A DNA stretch of 64,000 nt, taken from the NCBI GenBank assembly GCA_050261575.1, contig JBLNDL010000058.1, positions 1 to 64,000 of the forward strand. The letters run 5' to 3'. Made by a program: the position numbers and the translations under genes. Under the pieces are notes generated by a model, which was given only the letters and a program-made list of their open reading frames with translations, was not told the origin of the DNA and did no database searches. This DNA is from Sphingomonadaceae bacterium (lineage in GTDB: Bacteria; Chloroflexota; UBA6077). Shown one piece after another: positions 8,428 through 18,207 of this stretch (position 1 is the first letter of the stretch; every line of letters starts with the position of its first letter).

Positions 8428-10725
8428 ATGGTGGAGGTGAAGAAGACTCAGGTAGAGTTCGAGGGCCAGGTGATCGAGGAGACCGCCGTCATCCAGGGCC
8501 CGCAGCCGGAGCCGTGGCCCGAGGGGGAGCCGCTGGAGGTGGTCGGAAGCCCGGCGCCCCGCGTCGACGGATTCGAGCGAGTCACCGGTAAGGCGCGGTT
8601 TACCACCGACGTGCGTCCCCCCGGAATGCTGTACGGAAGGATCCTCCGCAGCCCCTTCCCACACGCCAGGATCGCCAGCATCGACACCACCAGGGCGGAG
8701 CTGCTGTCGGGCGTGCGAGCGGTGCTCAGCCCGGCCAACGCACCCGCGATCCGGTGGAAGGACGGCAAGCTGCTTCTCGACACGGTCGTGGGCTACGTCG
8801 GGGACGAGGTGGCCGCCGTGGCTGCCGACGATCCCGAGACCGCCTCCGACGCAATCGATCTGATCAACGTCGAGTACGAGGAGCTGCCCTTCGTCCTCGA
8901 TCCCCACGAGGCGCTGACGGCCGGCGCGCCCAAGGTGCACCCCGCTGGCAACCTGATGGGAGGTAAGCCCTCGGTCTACGAGCGGGGCGACATGCAGCGA
9001 GGCTGGGCCGAGGCGGAGGTCACCATCGAGGAGACCTTCCACACGCAGGCCGCGCTGCACAACTCATTGGAGCCGCACGGAAGCGTGGCCCACTGGGTTG
9101 GCGACGAACTCACGATATGGGACTCCACGCAGGCCATCTTCCAGGTCCGAACCGAGATAGCCGAGATCCTGGCGCTGCCCCTCCACCGCGTCAGAGTGAT
9201 CAGCGAGTACGTCGGCGGCGGCTTCGGTAGCAAGCAGGAGTCGGGCAAGTACACCATCCTTGCGGCACTGCTCTCCCGAATGTCCGGCCGGCCCGTTCAG
9301 CTCATGCTGACCCGACACGAGGAGAACCACGTCACCGGGCACCGCCACGCCACGGAGCAGAGGATCAGGCTGGGTGCCAAGAGGGATGGAACCCTGACCG
9401 CCATCGACCTCCACTGCCTCTTGCCCGTGGGCTACTACGGTTACCCCAGCTCCGTCGACGGCCCGGCCAGGGTCCTTTACGCCTGCCCCAACGTCCACAC
9501 TGAGCTGTACGCGGTGCGAACCAACGAGGGTCCCGCCCGGGCCTTCCGTGCGCCCGGCTACACCGAGGGAACCTTCGCCCTGGAATCGGCCATGGACATG
9601 TTGGCCGACCGGCTGAGTATGGACCCCCTGGAGCTACGACTCAAGAACTACGCCGAGAAGGAGCCAACCAGCGGCGCCGATTACTCCTCCAAGCGGCTCC
9701 GGGAGGCGTACCAGCTTGCCGCGGAGAGGTTCGGGTGGGCCTCCCGCAATCCCCTGGCCGCCCAGGCCGCTCCACTTGCGAGCCGCAGGCGGGGGATGGG
9801 CATGGCCTCCCAGATCTGGGGTGGTGGAGGCGGGCCGCCGGCCTACGCAGTGATCAAGCTGAACCCCGACGGCACAGCCGTGGTGGTCGTGGGTATCCAG
9901 GACATAGGCACGGGGACCCGAACGGGTCTGGCTCAGGTGGCCGCCGAGGTCCTGGGGCTCCCCCTGGAGAGCGTCAGCGTCTCGGTGGGGGATACCCGAG
10001 ATGCCCCGTATGGCCCCACCAGCGGCGGGAGTCAGACCCTCTCCTCCGCTGGCCCCGCAGTTCGCTCCGCCGCCGAGGACGTCCGCGCGCAGTTGATGGA
10101 CATCGCCTCCGAGGTGATGCAGACCCCCCGAGAGCGCCTGGACGTGAAGGGGGGCTTCATCTTCGACACGGGATCCCCGGACACCCGGAGGCCGGTAGGG
10201 GAGCTGCTGTCCTCGTTCGGCAACCTGATGCTCGTGGGTGCCGGCTCGCGGGGACCCAACCCTCCGGGCCATCCCATTCGCACCTTTGGCGCGCAGTTCG
10301 CCGAGGTGGAGGTGGACACCGAGACCGGCAGGGTGAGGGTGCTGAGGGTGGTGTCCATCCACGACATCGGCCGGGTGGTCAACCCTATGCTCGTCAACAG
10401 CCAGTTGGTGGGAGGCATCACCCAGGGACTCGGCTACGCGATAACCGAGGGGCGGGTAGTCGACGCCCGGACCGGCAGGGTGCTGAACCCCGACCTGGAG
10501 GAATACCTGATCCCCACCTCCATGGATATGCCGGAGATCGACGCGAGCGCCCTCGACCAGCCCGACCTCCGCAGCAACAACCTGGGCGCAAAGGGGGTCG
10601 GAGAGCCGCCCATTATCCCCACGGCCCCCGCGGTTGCCAACGCTGTCTTCAATGCAACGGGCGTGCGGGTCACCAGCCTTCCCATCGCTGTCGAGAAGGT
10701 GATACAGAAAAGGATGGCCCCATGA
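8428..10725 (+). CDS. Molybdopterin-binding large subunit, xanthine dehydrogenase family (YagR/PaoC-like)
   Basis: GGGFGSK, AFRAPG, QDIGTG, GAKGVGEPP motifs. Confidence 0.95.
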   Translation: MVEVKKTQVEFEGQVIEETAVIQGPQPEPWPEGEPLEVVGSPAPRVDGFERVTGKARFTTDVRPPGMLYGRILRSPFPHARIASIDTTRAELLSGVRAVLSPANAPAIRWKDGKLLLDTVVGYVGDEVAAVAADDPETASDAIDLINVEYEELPFVLDPHEALTAGAPKVHPAGNLMGGKPSVYERGDMQRGWAEAEVTIEETFHTQAALHNSLEPHGSVAHWVGDELTIWDSTQAIFQVRTEIAEILALPLHRVRVISEYVGGGFGSKQESGKYTILAALLSRMSGRPVQLMLTRHEENHVTGHRHATEQRIRLGAKRDGTLTAIDLHCLLPVGYYGYPSSVDGPARVLYACPNVHTELYAVRTNEGPARAFRAPGYTEGTFALESAMDMLADRLSMDPLELRLKNYAEKEPTSGADYSSKRLREAYQLAAERFGWASRNPLAAQAAPLASRRRGMGMASQIWGGGGGPPAYAVIKLNPDGTAVVVVGIQDIGTGTRTGLAQVAAEVLGLPLESVSVSVGDTRDAPYGPTSGGSQTLSSAGPAVRSAAEDVRAQLMDIASEVMQTPRERLDVKGGFIFDTGSPDTRRPVGELLSSFGNLMLVGAGSRGPNPPGHPIRTFGAQFAEVEVDTETGRVRVLRVVSIHDIGRVVNPMLVNSQLVGGITQGLGYAITEGRVVDARTGRVLNPDLEEYLIPTSMDMPEIDASALDQPDLRSNNLGAKGVGEPPIIPTAPAVANAVFNATGVRVTSLPIAVEKVIQKRMAP

Positions 10726-11726
10726 GAGCCTTCGAGCACGTCAACGCGGCTTCCATAGAAGACATCCTGTCCACGATCGGCGAGGACTGGCAGACCCGCC
10801 TGATCGCTGGAGGGACCGACATCCTGCCCCTCATGAAGAACAGGGTGCTTGCCCCCTTCCGGCTCGTGAACCTGAAGACCGTCGACGAACTGGCTGGTGT
10901 GGATTTCAGCAACGAAGGGGGGCTGGTGTTGGGGGCGCTGGCGACCCTGGACGACGTGGCGCGGAACCCGATGGTGCGCCTGCACTATCGCGTGCTGGCC
11001 GAGGCCATAGGTGTGGCGGCCTCCCCCCAGTTGCGCAACATCGCCACCATCGGCGGCAACCTCTGCCAGGCCAGCCGCTGCTGGTACTACCGCGGCCCCT
11101 TCTTCTGCTGGCTCAAGGGCGGCGAGACGTGCTACGCGGCCGACGGTGAGAACCGCATCCACGCAATCTTCGGGGGCGGCCCCTGCTACTCCGCCCATCC
11201 GTCCGATCCTGCCCCCGCCCTGATCGCACTCGGGGCCAGCGTCACCCTCTACGACAGCGGGGGTCGGAGCAGGGTGATACCGGTGGAGTCGTTCTACGCC
11301 CTCCCCACGCAGGAGCGGAGGCGAGAGACGATCCTGGAGCCCAACGAACTGGTGGTCAAGGTGCAGGTGCCCTCGCCCGCGCCCGACGCCAGAGGCGCCT
11401 ACCTCAAGGCCATGGACAGGGAGGCTTTCGCCTTCGCCCTCGCCAGCACGGCGGTGCAGGGGGTCTGGGACGGTCCGGTTGCGCGAGAGATAAGCATCGT
11501 CCTGGGCGGCGTGGCCCCGATCCCCTGGCGCGCGAGTCGCGCCGAAGACGTGGTGCGGGGGCAGCCACTGGACGGCAGGATCGCCAGGGAGGCGGGCGAG
11601 GCTGCCGTGGCCGACGCGAAGCCCCTTCAGCACAACGGCTACAAGCGGGACCTCGTGCGGACGCTGGTGGAGCGCGCCCTCGTCGCCGCGGCAGCGCCCA
11701 AGGGCAAGCACAGTCCGGTGGCCTGA
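10722..11726 (+). CDS. FAD-binding medium subunit (YagS/PaoB-like, with Cys-rich [4Fe-4S] insert)
   Basis: IAGGTD, ASPQLRNIATIGGNLCQASRCWYYR...C..KGG..C...C; ATGA overlap with the large-subunit stop. Confidence 0.93.
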   Translation: MRAFEHVNAASIEDILSTIGEDWQTRLIAGGTDILPLMKNRVLAPFRLVNLKTVDELAGVDFSNEGGLVLGALATLDDVARNPMVRLHYRVLAEAIGVAASPQLRNIATIGGNLCQASRCWYYRGPFFCWLKGGETCYAADGENRIHAIFGGGPCYSAHPSDPAPALIALGASVTLYDSGGRSRVIPVESFYALPTQERRRETILEPNELVVKVQVPSPAPDARGAYLKAMDREAFAFALASTAVQGVWDGPVAREISIVLGGVAPIPWRASRAEDVVRGQPLDGRIAREAGEAAVADAKPLQHNGYKRDLVRTLVERALVAAAAPKGKHSPVA

Positions 11727-11734
11727 TGCCCACC

Positions 11735-11803
11735 GTCGCCATGGCACGCCTTCTGCCCCGCAGTTCCGCCTGCGAGACCTCACGGGAGGCGTGCCATGGC
11801 GAC
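11735..11803 (+). promoter_or_regulatory. 17-bp inverted repeat occluding the RBS/ATG of the aldehyde dehydrogenase; left arm contains a sigma54-like motif
   Basis: GTCGCCATGGCACGCCT (11735-11751) is the exact reverse complement of AGGCGTGCCATGGCGAC (11787-11803); TGGCACGCCTTCTGC lies at 11742-11756. Confidence 0.6.
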
Positions 11804-13217
11804 AGTTACTCGGGCGGTGATAAAGTCCGTCAATCCGGCGACCGAGGAGGTGTTGGGGAGGTTCCCGCTCTTCTCGGACGACCAGGTCGATCGAGCCCTC
11901 GATGCGGCTGAGTCAGCGTTCCACTCGTGGAGCCAGACGACGTTCGACGAACGTGCCGAGGGCTTTCGGCGCGTTGCCGCGTACATGCGAACCCACAGGG
12001 CACGGCTGGCCGGCTTGATCACTGCCGAGATGGGGAAGCCCATCGCCCAGTCCGAGGCCGAGATCGAGAAGTGCGCCTGGAACTGCGACTTCTACGCCGA
12101 CAACGCCCGAGCATTCCTGGCCGACCAGCCACACCCCTCGTCGGCCACCGAGAGCTACGTCGCCTTCGATCCGCTGGGACCGCTGCTGGCGATCATGCCC
12201 TGGAACTTTCCCTTCTGGCAGCTCTTCCGCTTCGCCGCCCCCGCCATGATGGCGGGCAACACCGCGCTGCTGAAGCACGCCTCCAACGTGCCGCAGTGCG
12301 CCCTGGCTATCGAGGAGGTCTTCCGGACCTGCGGGTTCCCGGATGGTGTCTTCCAGACCCTGCTGATCGCGGGCTCCACCGCCGACAAGGTGATCGCCGA
12401 CCGCCGCGTCGCCGCGGTCACCATCACGGGCAGCAACGCTACCGGCCGAAAGGTGGCCCAGGCAGCAGGAGCCGTCACCAAGAAGACGGTGCTCGAGCTG
12501 GGTGGCTCCGACCCGTTCATCGTCCTGGAGGATGCCGCACTCGAGGAGGCCGCGCGGGTGGCGGTCCGCTCCCGCTTCCAGAACGCGGGCCAGAGCTGCA
12601 TCGCAGCCAAGCGCTTCATCGTCGTCGATGCCGAGGCAGACGCGTTCCTGGATCTGATGGTCGCGGAGGCCCGCCTCCTGAAGATGGGCGATCCGTCGGA
12701 TCGGGCCACCGACATCGGCCCGATGGCTCGCGCCGACCTGCGTGAGATCCTCGCCCGGCAGGTCAGCGACTCCATCGCTCGCGGCGCCACGGTGGCGCTG
12801 GGTGGCTTCAGGCCGCGAGGGCCTGGCTTCTACTACTCCCCCACCATCCTCGCGGGCGTCCGGCCCGACATGCCTGTCTTCCGGGAGGAAACCTTCGGAC
12901 CGGTCGCCGCGGTGGTGCGAGCCTCGGACACGGACGAGGCGATCCGTCTCGCAAACGACTCACTCTACGGCTTGGGGGCGAGTCTATGGACGCGAGACGT
13001 GGTGAAGGCCAAGGTGCTCGCGCGCCAGATCCAGGCCGGGTCCGTGTTCGTAAACGGGATGGTGGCCTCGGACCCGAGGCTACCATTCGGGGGGGTCAAG
13101 GGGAGCGGCTATGGCCGCGAACTCTCCGAGTTCGGCATCCGCGAGTTCACGAACATCAAGACCATCTGGATCGGGCCGTCGACGGAGGAACAAGCGCTGC
13201 GGCAGCCGGCCGAATGA
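11796..13217 (+). CDS. NAD(P)-dependent succinate-semialdehyde dehydrogenase (Sad/GabD1-like ALDH)
   Basis: IMPWNFPFWQ, LKHASN, LELGGSDP, QNAGQSCIAAKR, EETFGP, PFGGVKGSGYGREL. Confidence 0.92.
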   Translation: MATVTRAVIKSVNPATEEVLGRFPLFSDDQVDRALDAAESAFHSWSQTTFDERAEGFRRVAAYMRTHRARLAGLITAEMGKPIAQSEAEIEKCAWNCDFYADNARAFLADQPHPSSATESYVAFDPLGPLLAIMPWNFPFWQLFRFAAPAMMAGNTALLKHASNVPQCALAIEEVFRTCGFPDGVFQTLLIAGSTADKVIADRRVAAVTITGSNATGRKVAQAAGAVTKKTVLELGGSDPFIVLEDAALEEAARVAVRSRFQNAGQSCIAAKRFIVVDAEADAFLDLMVAEARLLKMGDPSDRATDIGPMARADLREILARQVSDSIARGATVALGGFRPRGPGFYYSPTILAGVRPDMPVFREETFGPVAAVVRASDTDEAIRLANDSLYGLGASLWTRDVVKAKVLARQIQAGSVFVNGMVASDPRLPFGGVKGSGYGRELSEFGIREFTNIKTIWIGPSTEEQALRQPAE

Positions 13218-13222
13218 CGAAC

Positions 13223-15466
13223 CTACAGCAGACTGGCCGGGTCGACGTCGACACCCCAGCCCAGGGGCAGGCTCACCTCTGCCAGCAGCTTGGTGAGGCC
13301 CTCGCCGATCAGGAGGATCTGCCAGCGGAACCGTCCTCGGACCCGAGAGTGGAAGGCCGGCGCCGGCCCCAGGATGTCGACGTCGGCGATGCCCAGCTCA
13401 TCCACCTTTGCCTGGAGCTGCTTCGACATCTGGATCGCCTCGAAGCGGGCTCGAGCCTCACCCGAACCGGCGTAGATCAGTCGCGCGAGCCGGCGGAAGG
13501 GGGGGTAGGAGTGTTGCCGGCGAAAGGCCAGTTCCTGCCGGTAGAAGCCCAGGTAGTCGTGTTGGCTCGCGGCCACGACGCTGTAATGGGTCGGCGAGTA
13601 TGTCTGGACGATCACCCTCCCCTCGGCGCTCCCGCGTCCAGCCCTGCCGGCCACCTGAGCCAGTAGCTGGAAGGTGCGCTCCGCCGCCCTGAAGTCCGGA
13701 AGGTGCAGGGTGACGTCGGCCAGCACCACCCCTACGAGTGTCACCAGGGGGAAGTCCAGGGCCTTGGCCACCATCTGGGTGCCGACCAGCACGTCCGCCT
13801 CGTGTCGCCCGAACTGCCGGTGGATCCTCTCGTGGGCACCTTTCCTCCCCACCACATCGTGGTCCCACCGGAGGACGCGGGCCTCGGGAAACAGCCTCCG
13901 CACCTCCTCCTCCACCCGCTCCGTCCCCGCGCCGAAGAAGCCGATCCGGCTCTTCCCGCACCGGGGGCACCTGGCCGGAAGCGCTCGGCTCCGATTGCAC
14001 TGGTGGCACACCAGCTCGCCAGAGTCGCGGTGAAACACGAGGGGGACGTCACAGCGGCGACACTTCAGCACGTGCCCGCAGTCCCGGCAGAGCACGCAGG
14101 TGGACGCCCCCCTCCGGTTGAGAAAGAGGATCGCCTGCTCCCCCGCTTCCAGGGTCCGTTTCAACTCCGCCTGGAGGCGGCGACTCAGGACGCTGGTGTT
14201 GCCGGCTCGCAACTCGTCCCGCAGATCCACCACCTCGACCCTCGGCATTCGGCCGGAGGACCACCCCCGACTGCTGGGTCCGGCGTACCGATCCGGCAGC
14301 GCGGCCAGCCGGTAGATCCCCTTCTCCGCTCGATAGTAGGAGACGACGTCCGGGGTAGCACTACCCAGGACGACGACCGCGCTCGTGCGTCGCGCCAACT
14401 GTACCGCCACCCCACGCGCATGGTAACGAGGGGAGCGATCCTCCTGCTTGTAGGCGGGCTCGTGCTCCTCGTCCAGCACGATCAGGCCGAGGTCAGGAAC
14501 GGGAGCGAAGAGAGCGGAACGGGGGCCCACCACCACGTCGAATCGCCCCTCGTCGATCGCCCGCCAGAGACTCCTTCGCTCGGCGTCGGGAAGCCCGCTG
14601 TGCAGCATCGCCACACGGCCGGGGAAGCTACCGGAGTATCGCTCCAGCGCCTCGGGGGTCTGCGCGATCTCGCTCACCAGGACGATGGCCCGCCGCCCCA
14701 TCCGAACGAGGGTCTCGATCAGCCGCAGGTAGACCTGGGTCTTCCCACTCCCGGTCACGCCGTGCAGCAGGAACACCTGGTGGCGCCGCCCCTCCATCGC
14801 CGAGGCGATCGGCTCAAAGGCCGCCGCCTGCGCATCGCTGAGCATTACGGTCGGGGGGCAACCTGGTTCTCGTTCGGCCTGAGGCCGAACGAGAACCAGG
14901 CTTTCCGCTGCCATTCGCTGCACCGCCGCGAGGGCGCATCCCGCCTCGGCCGCCACCCTGCCTGCCTCCGCCGGTCCGCGCTCCCGTAGGAATGCCAAGA
15001 CCCTCCCCCGGACGCCCGTCCGCGAGCCCTTAGAGGGCTCGATCTCCTCCGTGGTCGGGGCAAGGTCCACGACCGTCTCTCGAGTGATTGGAGGATGGGG
15101 CACCTGGTACCTCCATCCAGGCATCCCTCCCGCAGTCCGCTCTGCCTCGACTATGGATCGCTGCCAGCCCGGCGGCAGAAACAGCCCCAAGGCATCGATC
15201 AGGGATCCACGGTAGTAGCGGGCGATCCAGGAAGCCACTTCGATCCGTTCGGGAGAGATGGACGGGGCATCCTCGACGAGGCAGAGGAGATCCCGGACAG
15301 GCAGACCGGGGGGGTTCCGGTCGGTCTGCACCACGATGCCTGGTAGGATCCTGGAGCCGAAAGGAACCATGGCGATGCAGCCCGGCGCGGCCGCGATCGA
15401 TGGGGGGACGGAGTAGGTGAAGAGGGAGCCAACGCGGACCGGCACGGCCACGTGGGCGAAGATCAT
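13223..15466 (-). CDS. priA: Primosomal protein N' (replication restart helicase)
   Basis: GVTGSGKT, DEEHE, SATP, Cys-rich CxxC x4, GTQMVAKALDF, QVAGRAGR; ATGA overlap with the gmk stop. Confidence 0.96.
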   Translation of the reverse strand: MIFAHVAVPVRVGSLFTYSVPPSIAAAPGCIAMVPFGSRILPGIVVQTDRNPPGLPVRDLLCLVEDAPSISPERIEVASWIARYYRGSLIDALGLFLPPGWQRSIVEAERTAGGMPGWRYQVPHPPITRETVVDLAPTTEEIEPSKGSRTGVRGRVLAFLRERGPAEAGRVAAEAGCALAAVQRMAAESLVLVRPQAEREPGCPPTVMLSDAQAAAFEPIASAMEGRRHQVFLLHGVTGSGKTQVYLRLIETLVRMGRRAIVLVSEIAQTPEALERYSGSFPGRVAMLHSGLPDAERRSLWRAIDEGRFDVVVGPRSALFAPVPDLGLIVLDEEHEPAYKQEDRSPRYHARGVAVQLARRTSAVVVLGSATPDVVSYYRAEKGIYRLAALPDRYAGPSSRGWSSGRMPRVEVVDLRDELRAGNTSVLSRRLQAELKRTLEAGEQAILFLNRRGASTCVLCRDCGHVLKCRRCDVPLVFHRDSGELVCHQCNRSRALPARCPRCGKSRIGFFGAGTERVEEEVRRLFPEARVLRWDHDVVGRKGAHERIHRQFGRHEADVLVGTQMVAKALDFPLVTLVGVVLADVTLHLPDFRAAERTFQLLAQVAGRAGRGSAEGRVIVQTYSPTHYSVVAASQHDYLGFYRQELAFRRQHSYPPFRRLARLIYAGSGEARARFEAIQMSKQLQAKVDELGIADVDILGPAPAFHSRVRGRFRWQILLIGEGLTKLLAEVSLPLGWGVDVDPASLL

Positions 15467-16077
15467 ACCACTATCTTGCGGCGGTGCACCCGACATCTCT
15501 CGGCCACCACTATGGCCTTCACTTTCTCGACGGCGTCGTCGAGCCCGCCGTCGGGATTCACCACCTTGTAGTCGAACTCAGGAAGCCGTTTCATCTCCTC
15601 GTAGGCGTTGGCGATGCGCGTCGCCAACTCCTCCGGAGTCTCGGTACCTCTGCCCCTGAGACGGGCGATCAGGGCCTCCATGGAGGGCGGCGCCAGGAAG
15701 ATCAGCACCGCCTCCGGCACCTTGGCTCGGATCGTCGCCGCCCCCTGCACGTCCACCCGCAGGATGACATCCCGGCCGCTAGCGATCAACTCCCGCACCG
15801 AGGATCTGGGCACGCCGTAGCGGTGGCAGTGCACCACTGCCCACTCCAGCAGCTCGTCGTTGGCGATCGCCCGATCGAACTGTTCGTCGGAGACGAAGAA
15901 GTAGTCCTTGCCGTGAATCTCGCCCGGCCGTGGGGAGCGGGTAGTAGCTGTGACCCCGAAGCTGATGGGGAAGCCTTGCTCCCTCAGCTTGGCCAATACC
16001 GCGTCTTTTCCCACACCCGAAGGACCGGACAGCACGAACAGCAGCCCGGGAACCGGCGCGCCCTGCTTGTCACTCAA
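15463..16077 (-). CDS. gmk: Guanylate kinase
   Basis: SGPSGVGK, TTRSPRPGEIHGKDYFF, DVQGA, IFLAPPS. Confidence 0.96.
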   Translation of the reverse strand: MSDKQGAPVPGLLFVLSGPSGVGKDAVLAKLREQGFPISFGVTATTRSPRPGEIHGKDYFFVSDEQFDRAIANDELLEWAVVHCHRYGVPRSSVRELIASGRDVILRVDVQGAATIRAKVPEAVLIFLAPPSMEALIARLRGRGTETPEELATRIANAYEEMKRLPEFDYKVVNPDGGLDDAVEKVKAIVVAERCRVHRRKIVV

Positions 16078-16343
16078 CTGTCACTACCCCGTTCAGTTCC
16101 CCGCTGGCGGCCCAGCCGGCCCGCCATGGTCTCTGGATGGATGGGCGCCAGGATCACGTGGCCGCTGTCCAGCACGATGACCGACTTGGTGCGGCGGCCG
16201 TACGTCAAGTCTATCAGCTTGTTCGCCTCCTTCGCCTCCTGAACCATCCGGCGAATGGGGGACGAATCGGGAGCCATTGCGGCGAGCACTCGGTTGGCAG
16301 CCACCACGCTGCCGAACCCGATATGCAGCAATTCTACGCCCAA
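16074..16343 (-). CDS. remA: DUF370/RemA family regulator
   Basis: LHIGFGS..., DSSPIRRM, LIDLTYGRRTKSVIVLDSGHVILAPIHPET; sits upstream of gmk. Confidence 0.9.
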   Translation of the reverse strand: MGVELLHIGFGSVVAANRVLAAMAPDSSPIRRMVQEAKEANKLIDLTYGRRTKSVIVLDSGHVILAPIHPETMAGRLGRQRGTERGSDS

Positions 16344-16359
16344 AGGTAACTTCCTCGCA

Positions 16360-16368
16360 TGCTATACT
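16360..16368 (+). promoter_or_regulatory. Extended -10 promoter element for rqcH
   Basis: TG-C-TATACT followed by a GGAGGTG RBS and ATG 16395. Confidence 0.5.
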
Positions 16369-16394
16369 CTCCCCGAGGGAGGTGAAAGCAGGCC

Positions 16395-18179
16395 ATGTCC
16401 TTCGATGCCCTGGCGATGCACGCAGTCCGAGATGAACTGGAAGCCACTCTCCTTGGGGGGTTCGTTGAGAAGATACTCTCTCTGTCCGCCCTGGAGGTCG
16501 GCCTCCGCGTGCGCTCGCAGCATCGCGACTTCAGCTTGCTGATGTCGGCCGATCCACAGTGTGCCCGAATCCACCTGGTCGGCGGCACGCTCCGGCGCCT
16601 CTCCGAGCAGGTGACGCCCTTCCTGCTGCTGCTACGGAAGTACGTCCGCGAAGGGCGGATCGTCGCTATCCGACAACCGACTCTGGAGCGCGTGGTTGAT
16701 CTGGCGGTGGAAAAGCGCCAGGACGACGGCTCGACAACCGCTGTATCCCTCATTATAGAGACTATGGGTAGGCACAGCAATGTGATCCTGGTCGGCCCGG
16801 ACGGCAAGGTGCTGGATGCCCTGAAGCGTATCCCCCCGTCCCTCAGCCGGCAACGGCCGGTGCTCCCCCACCTGGAGTACAGCCCTCCGCCCCCCTCGGA
16901 GAAGATGAACCCAATGTCGCCCCTGCTGGCCAGGCAGCTCGCCTCGGCGTCCAGGCAGGCCGCCCCCGCCTCCGCCGTGTGGCGCTTCCTCCAGGAGACC
17001 GTCGCCGGCCTTGGCCCCCTCACCGCCAGGGAGGCCGTCTATCGCGCGATGGGCGACACGACCGCCACCCTCGCTCAGGTCACGGCCTGGCAGGGGATCG
17101 CGGAGGCCGTCAAGGGTCTCCTGCGGCCACTGGAGGATCACGAGTGGGCCCCCTGCGTGGTCGTGCAGGACGGTGCGATCCTCCACTTCGCCCCCTACTT
17201 GCTCACCCAGTTCCCGGACTCGCAGGTGGAAAGGGTTCGAAGCATCAGCGAGGCGGTGGAGCGTGCGTTCGCGGACCACATCAAGACCCGGCCAGCCGAG
17301 GCGCTGCGGGCGCCCCTGCGCGACGCAGTGCGTGCCCGGCTGGATCGAGTGCGGCGCAAGGAGGACTCCCTGCGCCAAGCCCTCGCCCGAGGCGAGCGGG
17401 CAGAGGAGTTCAAACAGAAGGGCCAGGCGATCCTCGCCAACGTAGCCCTGATCCAGCCTGGGCAGACGGAGCTGCAGTGGGACGGCATGACCATCGGCCT
17501 CGATCCCAAGCTGAGCCCCTCGGAAAACGCCCAGGGCTACTTCAGGGAGTACACGAAGGCGAGGGACGCCGCGCGCGAGATACCTGGCCTGCTGGAGGCC
17601 ACCAGGCTCGAGAGGGAATACCTGGAGCAGATGCTCACCCTCGTGGAGTTGGCCGAGGGGGACGTGGAGTTGAGGACGCTCTCCCGCGAACTCGCCGAGG
17701 CGGCGCACCCCCGACCGGACAGCGGTGCGGAGGTGAGGCCCTGGTCCTCTCAGGCGAAGCGAGGCCGGAAGCCCGTGAAGGCCAAGACCGACCAGAATCC
17801 CGGCACCGTGAAGAGACTCACCTCCCGCGAGGGGTACGCGATTCTCGTGGGGGGAAGCGCCAGGGGCAACGAGCGGGTGACATTCGAGCTGGGGGCCGGC
17901 GGCGACCTGTGGTTTCACGCCCGAGGTGTGCCGGGTGCCCACGTCATCCTGAAGACGGGCGGCCGTGAGCCAACCAGGCAAACCCTGCTGGAGGCGGCGC
18001 GCCTTGCCGCCATCTACAGCCAGGCGCGGGGGAGCAGCAAGGTGCCCGTGGACTACACCCAGCAACGTTACGTCAAGAAGGTGAAGGGGGGTCCCCACGG
18101 GCTGGTCACCTACAGCCAGGAGAGGACGATACGGGTAGACGCAGTCGAGAAGGACACGCGGGAAGACCGAGACCCGTAG
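16395..18179 (+). CDS. rqcH: NFACT/FbpA family ribosome quality control protein
   Basis: MSFDAL, LLLRKY, ETMGRHSNVIL, LDPKLSPSENAQGYF, DLWFHARGVPGAHVILK, VPVDYT. Confidence 0.93.
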   Translation: MSFDALAMHAVRDELEATLLGGFVEKILSLSALEVGLRVRSQHRDFSLLMSADPQCARIHLVGGTLRRLSEQVTPFLLLLRKYVREGRIVAIRQPTLERVVDLAVEKRQDDGSTTAVSLIIETMGRHSNVILVGPDGKVLDALKRIPPSLSRQRPVLPHLEYSPPPPSEKMNPMSPLLARQLASASRQAAPASAVWRFLQETVAGLGPLTAREAVYRAMGDTTATLAQVTAWQGIAEAVKGLLRPLEDHEWAPCVVVQDGAILHFAPYLLTQFPDSQVERVRSISEAVERAFADHIKTRPAEALRAPLRDAVRARLDRVRRKEDSLRQALARGERAEEFKQKGQAILANVALIQPGQTELQWDGMTIGLDPKLSPSENAQGYFREYTKARDAAREIPGLLEATRLEREYLEQMLTLVELAEGDVELRTLSRELAEAAHPRPDSGAEVRPWSSQAKRGRKPVKAKTDQNPGTVKRLTSREGYAILVGGSARGNERVTFELGAGGDLWFHARGVPGAHVILKTGGREPTRQTLLEAARLAAIYSQARGSSKVPVDYTQQRYVKKVKGGPHGLVTYSQERTIRVDAVEKDTREDRDP

Positions 18180-18200
18180 GGCGGCTCCCCGCCCTACGGG
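18173..18200. repeat. GTAG-type REP-like palindrome (also a possible bidirectional terminator)
   Basis: CCCGTAGGGCGG-CTCC-CCGCCCTACGGG, perfect 12-bp stem; contains the rqcH TAG stop; lies between convergent genes. Confidence 0.65.
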
Positions 18201-18207
18201 AGCATCC

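Noticed and set aside
9735..10721. Apparent 663-aa fusion ORF
   Set aside because: The first part is an off-frame shadow of the Mo subunit; the FAD subunit starts at 10722.
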